The notes under the pieces were generated by a model. The model had not been told where the DNA came from. It saw only the letters and a list, made by a program, of their open reading frames with translations, and did not search any database. From the NCBI GenBank assembly GCA_943704425.1, contig CALSCP010000141.1, positions 9,567 through 73,566 on the forward strand: 64,000 nt of DNA, given 5' to 3'. This DNA comes from Ministeria vibrans ATCC 50519 (lineage: Eukaryota > Protista > Filasterea). The position numbers were made by a program, and so were the translations under genes. Shown one piece after another: positions 24,601 through 31,952 of this stretch (position 1 is its first letter; each line of letters begins with the position of its first letter).

Positions 24601-25324
24601 GATTCCGCTCCTGTCGTGCGCCGACCAAGGCACCTACTTGTGCCAGTACTACAACGAGTCGTCGAACGAGTGGACGTACGAGTCGGTGGCGTCGCCTGCG
24701 CCCAGCACGCCTGGCAGTGTTGTGTGTCAGACGTCGCATCTGTCGTCGTTCCGCGGCTACCAACAGGCACCGTTACAGACGAGCCGCTCGAGCAGTGGTG
24801 GCACAGGCACCGTTGTGGTCGCTGTCATTGTGGCCATGGTTGGCATTGCTCTGCTCACCCTTATTATTTTGTTTGTGGCTCTGCGTCGCCAGCGTGCCAA
24901 GCGAGAGGAATTCAAGGTGGCTGCCCAGACAAGTCGCGGGTCGATGCACAGCAACGTGAGCAGCACCGGCTCGCTTGGACGCAAGTCGCGGCAGGCACGC
25001 GACATTACCCGCCGTCTGTCCGCGGTGGATGTGTTTGAAGGACCCGACGGCTCCAATGTCAACGAGATTGTCGACGTGCTCATGCAGGGAGACCACGACG
25101 ACCTGGCCATGGCGGGCGTGACGCAGAGCAACCCGGCGCGCGGCTTCAACCGTTTCAGTACGCTCGACGACGTGGACACCTTTGAGAACCCGCTCTTCTC
25201 GTCGTACGACGATGCCAGCTCAATTGGCGGCGACTCGGCCATTGAATACGCCGAGTATGGCGAGTACACGCGCCAGAGCAGCGCCAACTTCACAATGGGT
25301 CATACGGAGGATTCGAACATTTGA
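15629..25324 (+). CDS. Giant type I membrane protein: signal peptide, Arg-rich repeats, Cys-rich GCC2/GCC3 (ephrin-receptor-like) repeats, EGF, IPT/TIG, REJ, GPS, one TM, Tyr-rich tail
   Basis: Exon 1 15629-15885; intron with N gap; exon 2 16216-25324. Dozens of CxxCxxGxY repeats, EGF (DIPECDSNNGKGDCMQQCLELIGSYKCHC), IPT (ITSVTP..ITLSGTNF), REJ-like YTW/YTF repeats, GPS (CQYYNESSNEW..VVCQTSHLSSF), then a hydrophobic TM followed by RRQR. Confidence 0.85.
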   Translation: MHRKTLFLAVAAAVLAYAVAPAHSAAVAAAEDDLASSLADQIEIQQLPTLLQDAAVALSGQLPETDLTVQRRFLSSRRRSSRRRRRYELSLKTEEQKTIKTTLTKKKKNILLVFISTLMFXXXXXXXXXXXXXXXXXXXXXXXXXXXXXXFFFFFFALFVYIIRAQPNSHTPSRSMPVFNSRTFDPCVSPPVSPPRIFSISRRRSSRRRSSTRRRFFTTRRRFTIARRRRRFVSRRRFITRRRFISRRRRRRRVSTRRRVVSRRRVVTRRRAAQVCVPGQYRVGLSCGNCAAGRFTSSGTATTCTLCAAGRYSGPVASSCTFCAGGKYSGSGASVCLNCAAGKRSSGNTCVPCSSGTYSPAAGLASCTSCPTGRYAPSSSVGNSVCSQCQAGRAALASGSSSCSTLCGAGFYSAAGAAACSQCAQGSYSTGTQNAQCTNCPVGRYADLTGSVTCSPCAPGYINSAAGAQNQCNTPCAAGTFSAGGVSMCSSCAAGTYSASAASTCLTCTAGRFSFASASLCSTCDAGRFSLANQGDSCNQCGAGSYSAAGSSACTQCSAGSVTASPGSGSCAPCAPGKFQATPGMQICSTCPGGTYSLSGATTCITCGEGTVSLAGASACTTCAAGYQSGPPGSETCKPCEQGSTSVAQSSSCTPCPAGTAAPPNGVGLCMACVAGTYSASTGSTTCISCPLGTAMAIAGATTCHACTAGTYSGKLPAATVCQSCLAGSASSASASSCTVCPPGTSAPSTNSHMCSPCADGSYNFGSGNTACIQCPAAHFCNDGVIQTCPTGHYALAGVAECTACEPGYMCVNGTRQACPVGTYQGAAMATSCNFCPNGQYQPLTGHTECVACPLGNSCVDGVVTPCIASTYASAPGSSVCITCSSGTYTDQPGMSTCASCAKGNFCVNGISSPCVAGTYSHLNSAGASVCDVCPIGSQCPSGGVKLPCPTGTHQPLAGQTVCLTCTAGAVCQGGTAEVCPDGLHNPNTASTVCISCSVNHACTQGVMTPCPDGFYTPSTGASSCTPCPAGSYCVAGVGISPCAAGSFQAQTQQSVCETCSLGSACVNGVETLCAAGTYTNTTGASACETCFARHSCSNGIIHLCDEGLHQPAVGASTCVACPIGHYCTSGLSNPCPVGHSCNLGQLSQCQPGTFTETEGQTTCVDCPAAHYCANGNRILCEQGLYSANAGASVCSVCPVGSACVDGVATVCPAGQHQPSLGQWTCTSCPVSSSCNLGIATVCPDGSFTSKIGQSACLSCVAGNRCTNGATEPCPNGQYQNMTGASTCHSCNAGSRCVNGLELRCPEGTHQPLGGQTVCIDCAIGSFCTGGSSQVCPAGAYQSAPRMSSCDSCPIGFACNNGVESACLPGSHQPNVGSSVCLNCAVGHMCVGGANPQTVCAPGSYQPSAGASTCTTCPALHSCEGGATARVCGAGTYQDQTGQSVCKECAIGSYCIQAVSTLCPAGFYTDVVGQSVCSVCPVGSMCAQGIQTPCAPGQHQPSTQASVCIGCEARHYCVQGTQSICADGQYQPAEGASVCKSCEARYMCTQGVRTLCPNGYYQEASEQASCVACPDGYQCFNGTRTMCADGLFSDASTQFICSVCPAAHSCSSGIKAPCAVGLHQPASSQSSCLSCAVGSYCLGGVSTQCPEGLYTNGFGSTICSSCTPGSFCTAGLIEACPAGSYQAAGNATDCITCPVEHYCPAGAPNAIMCAPGFYQTQAGSSSCDSCNVGFACENGIQTQCGDVDMGGTYTNKTGEPQCLDCPIDGSVYCTNGLAYPCPGGYNCTNGLKEDIPECDSNNGKGDCMQQCLELIGSYKCHCDNGYYLVGNGTMPNGCVLSSQTAPPTNSNPATITSVTPLVGLLRTEMNITLSGTNFNNQPVIECFVEATGVHAGLLVGHSVAVDAPGSPADKRVCSMPYFSDVSQEVTLSFSGDGGHTFFTQPSNTDMVFTYWAPAPFPLVARFSDLGYTISVLFNSSAGPRTNDINKSQCSRYFSASTVAALGGSGATCTFPGNGKAPSNEMLITLASGATILPGDMITFAASNFGAGGVIEPGQAFAESTSASVEVLRPLNPTVPDIVLDGANTISACNNLELTVYPLGGTAGRPLTYTWHVTSSADNWGTYGTDVVELLASSDVTTGILIYNEYLESGANYTFDVVATNIFNVSSDALDTVSVLVSPDHVPSVTVVGDSASVQRDEELVFVGDLAISVCANQTKTSQVYTWSILPHAVLGSSRNSRTLAIMPGALNVSTTYELTLTVDIVDNINNILLSTGSDSTTISVVSALPEVIVRDGSHRLQSTSLPLLVEAACYDPNVAGGECSYTWSCMFTARDATSAAPCVGVDLSLNKTAVIEFEASSLALTDGGFYTFSVTASKADGRTSTPGAPGTSVTIEIVDDNQAAGITINPIGELFTKPIANSNERLLLVANTQLPPYLELLESEGEGEGEFIGDLGEGEGEGDVFMGDLDSDFFNAEGVVYPITWTMVKNAIPNFEQVLCSSATDSSLCVEANSLLPGVTYSFNASAARGWAVYEVSINGIPALAAKSAPLTATPVSPSVSKGNALETVYTISAGSWSSPTGGQLSYVFSVGPMIGGTRLSPQLPVGGNFKTVLPASVTEGTTRRRGEDGTIELFVTVIDRKTGAMSNGTVQVEILNPNVDDGGTADENDGPLSAFLNTTLASVVPATNVHEYLVVADSALDMIREVTFDGDTGSYTCPPQLSNTLGIILRGVRVCLAVSTHTTLETAHIVSVVRKISSRAKCLSEAQLVLARKLVDQGLLLWQLPRDVFRAEGGIVTSSDMNMLTMQSVVSVMASTLHVNTSMDLEADPLVGLSANDYDDGVEDAGRTTQNILEQVGHSAMRHSSESEGTITIASDNGAMAVTLGSFVATRQGVPLTVGGGSCPTEACYVNVTLDAQYFELPDLLNFVLMITHYAETPFSAGVGSDGERLGSVTGTCATTQFTDVTLLAQGGLDWTALSVVDVDVPINISIPLLSCADQGTYLCQYYNESSNEWTYESVASPAPSTPGSVVCQTSHLSSFRGYQQAPLQTSRSSSGGTGTVVVAVIVAMVGIALLTLIILFVALRRQRAKREEFKVAAQTSRGSMHSNVSSTGSLGRKSRQARDITRRLSAVDVFEGPDGSNVNEIVDVLMQGDHDDLAMAGVTQSNPARGFNRFSTLDDVDTFENPLFSSYDDASSIGGDSAIEYAEYGEYTRQSSANFTMGHTEDSNI
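15991..16076. other. Assembly gap (N run) inside intron; a second 8-N gap lies at 9295-9302
   Basis: N characters flanked by homopolymer or low-complexity sequence. Confidence 0.99.
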
Positions 25325-25630
25325 GTTTTTACTATTATTATTATTCTTATTATTACAACTGTCTTTTTTTATTTTGTTTTTTGAAGAAGAAGACGTACGT
25401 AATGTATAGTTAATAGTAGGTCGAAACAGGACTCAGGGGAGCAAAAACGATTGTTTTTTAATAATAAAAATTTATTATATTTTTTCAATTTTCATTCCTC
25501 ACAAATCACATTTTTGATTTTTTCACAGATCACTACCCATCTCTTGTCCATCCATACACAGCCGGGCACGCACACCGGACACCTCGAATATCCTCTTTCT
25601 TCTTCTTCTTCGTCCTTGGTCTTTTTTTGC

Positions 25631-25892
25631 ATGTCTGCGTCTCCTTCGTCTGTCAGAGTTCTGCGATTGTATCGAGAAATCCTGCGCGCAACTCGACCCG
25701 CCCCAGGCCAGGTGTCCGACCATCTGTACATCCGTCGCCAGGTACGCGCCGTCCGTCGTATGTGCGTGTTTGAGTCTGACAAAAGGTGACTTTTGCAGAT
25801 TCGCGAAAATTTTGATAACCACGTCGACAAGACGGACAAAGACGAGATTAAGCAACTTATCAAGGTGAGTGAGTGCACCGACGCTAACCATA

Positions 25893-25929
<37 letters not shown>

Positions 25930-25990
25930 TTACGACGGGCATGTGTAGATTGGAAAGCACTTTCTTCAAGTGTCGAAACACATTCTGTAA
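25631..25990 (+). CDS. LYR-motif protein (LYRM2-like), 72 aa
   Basis: Exons 25631-25741, 25799-25864 and 25949-25990 give MSASPSSVRVLRLYREILRA...YIRRQIRENFDNHVDKTDKDEIKQLIKIGKHFLQVSKHIL*. The LYR and downstream F motifs are present. Confidence 0.88.
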
Positions 25991-27690
25991 TGGACCGGTG
26001 GCTTGCGTCGCAAGTGGTCGCACTTGGCGGCGCCTACGACCTTGATCTTGTGAGCTACGTGGTGTCTTTGTTTTCTGATGCTGGTGGGGATGACGACGAT
26101 GACGACGACACGACGGAAATGGCCATTGAAATGCTCATGGGCCATCTGCCGCCCAGCACACCAGCCGCGTCGGTCGCACAGCTTGTTGATACCTGCCAAC
26201 GCTACGTCCGGGACCCTGCGTTGATTCCAGAGGTTCCTCTTGAGGAAGAGAAGGGGCACGATGAGGATGAGGAGGAGGTAGGGCACAGCAACAATGACGA
26301 CGACGACACCGGCGACGCAACTTGTGTCGCAGATGACGATTTGGACGACCGTGACGGTGATGATGATGAGGTGGAGGATGGTAGCTCTGACAGTGAAGAC
26401 GACACTGACGAGACGGGCGACAGGTTCGACTCGCCCGACATGGAGTTCCTCCTTGGCATGTTTCCATCGCTCTCACTGGAGGCACTGCACGACGCACTCG
26501 TTCGCTCACACGGAAACGTCACCGCCTGCACGGACATTCTTCTTTTCAACACCAATACGAACGTGCCCGTCGCGCCAACGACCGCGGCGGGCACCCAGCC
26601 GGCCTGCAAGTACTATCTGGCGGGCGAGTGTCTGCGGGCCGACTGCATGTTCGCCCATGATCTTTCGCAGGTCGCGCCCTGCTCCTTCTTCCAGGCGGGT
26701 CTCTGCCTCAAGGGCGATGCCTGCCCCTTTGCCCACTTTTACGCGGCACCAATTTCAACTGCAGCCACACCAGCGGTACCCCCTTCCGTCACTGCCCCTT
26801 CTCCTTCTCTCACCGAAGACCAATTTCCGTCACTTCCTTCGACCAAGGGCGCAGCGCCCTTCTCTGCCGCTGCGCCCTCTTCGCCTTCCCCTTCCTACTT
26901 GCGTGCCGCATCTCTCTCCAAGATCAGTGCTCTGCAACAAGCGTACCCATCCGTGCCCATTGCGTCGCTTGAGTCGATTCTGCTGCGCGAGTGTGGAGGT
27001 GTGCTCCAACAGGCTGAGAAGCGCATCGCAAACCTCTTTCCAGACGCAGTACGCTTCTGCACACGCACTGCATCCGACCGTCATGCCGAGACCGAGCGCG
27101 TCCGCCACGAGCTGCAAGAGAAGAGGGAACGCGAGCGGACCCGCGAAGGGCGTGTTGGGGGCACAACGGGAGTGCAGAGTGCTGCGCAAATTGCGCATCT
27201 GGTGGCGTGGGTGGACACGGGCGCATCTGTGCACAAGTCGTACACGGAGATCCGGGCCGAGTCGAAGCGCACGGCCGAAGCGCGCAATCGATGTCTGCAG
27301 CTGGCGCGCGACTGCTATCTGGGCTCGCGTGGGGCTGCTGCGCGCGAGCACTCGCGCGCCGCACGAGAGCTGGACACGGAGATGCGTGCGCTCGAGGCGT
27401 GTGCGGCCGAGCAATTGTTTCGACAGCGCAATGCGACGTCGCCGGCAAATGTACTCGACCTGCATGGGCTGCACCGGCGCGAAGCCACGCACATCATCGA
27501 TCTGCACCTGCCCTTGCTCGTATCCCGCTCGCTTCCCAATCTGCTTCTAATCTGCGGTACGGGACACCACTCACAAGGCGGCCATGCCCGCCTGCGCCCC
27601 GCCTGCCGCGCTCATGTCGCTGCACAGGGTTTTAATGTCGTCGAGACCTCGCGCGACGGTCGTGGCGGCCTCCTCCTCGTTACCCTTTGA
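25990..27690 (+). CDS. CUE / CCCH zinc finger / DUF1771 / Smr domain endonuclease (Cue2/NONU-1-like)
   Basis: Intronless, starting MDRWLASQ. Contains CUE-like LLGMFPSLSLEALHDAL, two C-x7-C-x4/5-C-x3-H fingers, PAM2-like EDQFPSL, a second CUE-like segment, and Smr LDLHGLH..ICGTGHHSQGG. Confidence 0.88.
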   Translation: MDRWLASQVVALGGAYDLDLVSYVVSLFSDAGGDDDDDDDTTEMAIEMLMGHLPPSTPAASVAQLVDTCQRYVRDPALIPEVPLEEEKGHDEDEEEVGHSNNDDDDTGDATCVADDDLDDRDGDDDEVEDGSSDSEDDTDETGDRFDSPDMEFLLGMFPSLSLEALHDALVRSHGNVTACTDILLFNTNTNVPVAPTTAAGTQPACKYYLAGECLRADCMFAHDLSQVAPCSFFQAGLCLKGDACPFAHFYAAPISTAATPAVPPSVTAPSPSLTEDQFPSLPSTKGAAPFSAAAPSSPSPSYLRAASLSKISALQQAYPSVPIASLESILLRECGGVLQQAEKRIANLFPDAVRFCTRTASDRHAETERVRHELQEKRERERTREGRVGGTTGVQSAAQIAHLVAWVDTGASVHKSYTEIRAESKRTAEARNRCLQLARDCYLGSRGAAAREHSRAARELDTEMRALEACAAEQLFRQRNATSPANVLDLHGLHRREATHIIDLHLPLLVSRSLPNLLLICGTGHHSQGGHARLRPACRAHVAAQGFNVVETSRDGRGGLLLVTL

Positions 27691-27730
27691 TCACCAACGA
27701 TGATGACTCCCCATCTCCCTCCACACTACA

Positions 27731-27732
<2 letters not shown>

Positions 27733-27792
<60 letters not shown>
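27733..27792. repeat. (AC)n microsatellite
   Basis: About 30 AC units between convergent genes. Many similar (AC)n/(GT)n tracts occur in introns. Confidence 0.95.
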
Positions 27793-27796
<4 letters not shown>

Positions 27797-27844
27797 CCTA
27801 CATTTTTATCTTGTACTTTTTTTTGTTTGTAATGTATTTCTTAT

Positions 27845-28627
27845 TCACATGATATCACGAACGCACTCGATCATCTTCTGCGACAGGTACTGCCACCCCT
27901 CGTCGTTGTAGTGAACGTTGTTTGGGAGTTGAATGGAGCGGGAGGAGTACGAGCCGGTGCCCTGAGGGTCGCATTTGGCCATGACCCACGCGTACAAGTC
28001 GCATGTCTTGATCGCACTACCGTAGGGCGCCATCACCTTCGAGAATGAGAACAAACGTGAGTTGATGGAAGAGACGGGATTGTGGAACGTGAAAGCACCT
28101 CTTGAGCGATTTTGTTGAAGGCAATGACATTCTTGTTGTGGCGCGGAGGGGTCACAGTCGCATTGGGTACGGGCGTTGTGGTCGACCAAATAAGTTTTGC
28201 ACCAGTCCTGGTATAGGTGTGGGTTAGAGCCAATGAGCACATCAAGTAATACTCTTATGATTCGCATCGTCCACAATTACAACAACACAAAACGTACTTG
28301 CTGAGCCGTCGAGTGATCTCACTCAAGAGATGACGGTACGTCTCTGGCGCCAGTTGCTCGAGATCTTCGCACAGGTCGTGGAGTCCAAACTGAAAGGAGA
28401 TGATGTCCCACTGTCGAGAAGGCTCGCCAAGGAAGGTTGAAAGGCAGTGGACGCCCAAATTGGTGTTCGCGGCATTGCCAGAGTTGTGCACACTCTCAAG
28501 CGCAGTCAGGTTGGCAAACACAAGCTGTTTCATGCCCAGAGAAATGCTGTCTCCAATCATGAGGTACTGGGGCTTGCTCTGCACGGCGGGAGAGCCGGAA
28601 GGACTGTGAGCGAAAAGAGAAGCACCC

Positions 28628-28667
<40 letters not shown>

Positions 28668-28925
28668 CACCGTTTTCGGGCTGGAGGGCGTCGTTGGCGT
28701 TGGACACTGTGCGTCGGCGCACATGCAGGTGACGTTGTGTCCACTGGGGCCAATAATGCAAGGGAGCGCCTCGGGGCTTGCTGATCGCAGACAGCGCCAA
28801 CAGGAATCAGTCGAGAGGTGACAATCCATGTCATTGCTGCATCCGTGGCACGTCTGTGCGCCCGCTCCCGCGACCAACAAAGCAACCAAAGTGCTACCGA
28901 TACTGATAGCCAGGAAGAGGCGCAT
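27845..28925 (-). CDS. Secreted SGNH/GDSL-like hydrolase with N-terminal Cys-rich module
   Basis: Signal peptide, 8-Cys module, then YLMIGDSISLG, NAANT, WDIISFQFGLHDL, LIWSTTTPVP and NNVHYN across 4 exons. Confidence 0.82.
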
Positions 28926-29032
28926 GGGAGATGAGAGATTGAGTGATGATTGATCATATGCATATTCATTTCGCTTGTTTCAACTGTCACTTCACTCACT
29001 TGACACTTTACACTTATATAAACTGCTTCAAT

Positions 29033-31136
29033 ATGGCCTCTGTTCCTCCTGTGTGGAACGATATCTCGTCGCAGCGCTGGCGTGAGGTGTCTCCGCTGGC
29101 GTCGTCGGTGAGCAGCGATGAGCTGGTGCGCCACGTTCTGCAACGCCGCCGCGCACCCCAGTGGCTGCCGCAGAAGCCCACCGACGACGGCGTCCACGTC
29201 AGCTTTGCCATGGTTCCCCCGTGTCCTGTTGTTTCCACTCTCTACAAATGGGAAGTCGACCATTCGCTGGATGAGCTCATCAGCATGTTCGACACGAATT
29301 TTTTGGAACAGTACGTCTTTTGACCTTATCCTCTCCTTTTGCTCACACATGCACGCACGCACGCACGCACGCACCTCTCCCATTCTCACACTGCAGGTCC
29401 CCCCTGTGGGATCATACCTTTGTCGAGGGTAAGATCCTCGAAGAACTGGTGCCGCAGACGCCCGAGCGCCATGAGATCATTGTGCACACCATGTTCAAAA
29501 TGCCAATGCCCTTTGCGAACCGCACGCTTCTCTGGAAGATGGTGCGCCGCCCCATTGACAAGAGCGTCGATGACCAGGGTACGCCACTGTCTTTATTCGC
29601 TTCGTCTTATGATTGGGAGGGGTTTTTCTGCTTTTAGCTGTTGATGGAAGTGTCATTATGGCATGGTGCTCAGTGCAGCACGACGCAGTGCCGACCACGA
29701 CACGCTACCCTCGCGCGCTGCTGTACCCCTGCTGCGATGTGTTTGTGCCCTTGTCGGCGAACAAGTGTCGCATCGAACGATTCATCTCCTGCGACGTGCG
29801 CATTCCTCTGGCGGATTTTGTCATCAACAAGATGATGCGCGGCAAAATGTTCACGACGTACGTCAACGAGACGCGTAGCGTTCGTCGGGCCTTGAAGCAG
29901 CTGAAGGACGGGCGCGATGGCAAGGCTGAGGCAGGTCCCGCAGCCAGTGTGGAGAAAGAAGAGTTTGTCTCGTCCGAGTTGCAGGGCGGCGGAGGCGATG
30001 AAGTCGCACACGAAGAGGTGAAGGAGGACAAGGTGGTGGACGAAACTGTCACCGGTGGTGAAGCCTCGAAGCATGTCGAGGAGGAGGTAGTTGTCACTGC
30101 TGAAGTTGCTGCCAAGAAGGCTGAGGAGGCTGCTGCTGCCAAGAAGGCTGAGGAGGAGGCTGCTGCCAAGAAGGCTGAGGAGGAGGCTGCTGCCAAGAAG
30201 GCTGAGGAGGCTGCTGCTGCCAAGAAGGCTGAGGAGGCTGCTGCTGCCAAGAAGGCTGAGGAGGAGGCTGCTGCCAAGAAGGCCGAGGAGGAAGCTGCTG
30301 CCAAGAAGGCCGAGGAGGAAGCTGCTGCCAAGAAGGCCGAGGAGGAGGCAGCTGCCAAGAAGGCCGAGGAGGAGGCAGCTGCCAAGAAGGCCGAGGAGGA
30401 GGCAGCTGCCAAGAAGGCTGAGGAGGAAGCTGCTGCCAAGAAGGCCGAGGAGGAGGCTGCTGCCAAGAAGGCCGAGGAGGAGGCTGCTGCCAAGAAGGCC
30501 GAGGAGGAAGCTGCTGCCAAGAAGGCCGAGGAGGAAGCTGCTGCCAAGAAGGCTGAGGAGGAAGCTGCTGCCAAGAAGGCCGAGGAGGAAGCTGCTGCCA
30601 AGAAGGTCGAGGAGGAGGCTGCTGCCAAGAAGGCTGAGGAGGAAGCAGCTGCCAAGAAGGCTGAGGAGGAAGCTGCTGCCAAGAAGGCTGAGGAGGAAGC
30701 TGCTGCCAAGAAGGCCGAGGAGGAGGCTGCTGCCAAGAAGGCTGAGGAGGAAGCTGCTGCCAAGAAGGCCGAGGAGGAAGCAGCTGCCAAGAAGGCTGAG
30801 GAGGAAGCTGCTGTTGAGCCTGTTGCTGAGGCTACTGAGTCCACTGAGCCGTCTGCCGCTGAAACTGTTGAGCCTGTCGCTGAGGCTACTGAGTCCACTG
30901 AGTCTCCTGCGGCTGAAACTGCTCAGGCTGTCGATGAGGCTACTGAGTCCACTGAGTCGCCAGCCGATGAATCTGCCGAGCCTGCTGGTGACGAGGATGA
31001 TGAGGCTGCTGGTGACGATGCAGCCGACGAGCCCGAGGCCAGTGCAAGCTCATCAAACGCCGCCAGCGGCGCTAGTGGCGGCACCAGTGGTGGAGGTGGT
31101 GCGAAGAAGCGAAAGAAGAAGGGAAAGAAGAAGTAA
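29033..31136 (+). CDS. START-domain protein with (AAAKKAEEE)n repeat and polybasic C-terminus
   Basis: Three exons. START-like WDHTFVEGKILEEL, FKMPMPFANR, WCSVQHDAVP..RYPRA. The protein ends KKRKKKGKKK. Confidence 0.8.
30105..30812 (+). repeat. 27-bp coding tandem repeat (~26 copies) encoding AAAKKAEEE
   Basis: GCTGCTGCCAAGAAGGCTGAGGAGGAG units varying mostly at synonymous positions. Confidence 0.95.
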
Positions 31137-31312
31137 AGCAACCCCAAAACCAAGATCTAAATATCAAAAATTATTGAATTTAGTCACTCTTTTTTTTAAT
31201 CAACCGACTCCTCATGAAAAAAACATTGTTCAATCCCATTCACGGCAAGCCTTCTCACCCAGCAGCACGCGTTGTTGACTTGGGTGGCGACCCTCGCATC
31301 TGGAAGAATTCC

Positions 31313-31878
31313 ATGTCAGAAACCGCTCAAGCGCTTGTTCCGTCCTTCACGCCTCTCGCGCAGCTCTCCGTCGACGAATACAACGTGGTACGTCATAGTT
31401 ACAAACAAAAACACCAACTTTCTCCAATTGTCAAAGCTGAAACGTAAAGAGAAAAGAAGAAGAAAAAAAAGCATCGAACGTGTTCACGACAACGAAAAAA
31501 AATGTAAATTGCCGCGCAAATTCTCGCTTTTCGCAAAAAAAAAATGCGTCCTTTGATAAATTGGTTGTTCGTCAAGTTTGCGCGTGCGTACATCCATTAG
31601 TGTCCTTCTTCTCATGTCAGAGACAGCTCCCATTGCTTTAGCTTTGGAGCACACTCCACCGAATTGAACTAATCATAATCCGAGACGAGAACACACAGAC
31701 TATCTCAAAACAATATTAATCTCACTCTTAATTACGCTCCTAACAGAACATTGAAGGATTCCTTGTGAAAAAGTCCAGCGTCAAGTCCTTCACACGAGGT
31801 ACCTATTCAAAAAAAGAGCGTGATTATACCTACCATACTATTATTATAATAATAAGAAGAAGAATACAACCCATTTAT

Positions 31879-31952
<74 letters not shown>

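Noticed and set aside
25949-25992. Programmed -1 frameshift fusing LYRM to Smr
   Set aside because: The Smr frame is open and -1 relative to LYRM exon 3, but there is no X XXY YYZ slippery site. Scanning or reinitiation fits better.
30105-30812. CRISPR-like regular repeat
   Set aside because: No unique spacers, the repeat is coding, and the context is eukaryotic with no cas genes.
29705-31278. Long overlapping ORFs (AFLAAASSS)n and (RRLLPRR)n
   Set aside because: These are shadow frames of the 27-bp repeat; variation is synonymous only in the AAAKKAEEE frame.
31600-31660. H/ACA snoRNA candidate in MEIOB intron 1 (GCTCC..GGAGC followed by ACA)
   Set aside because: Only one short hairpin is convincing and there is no properly placed H box.
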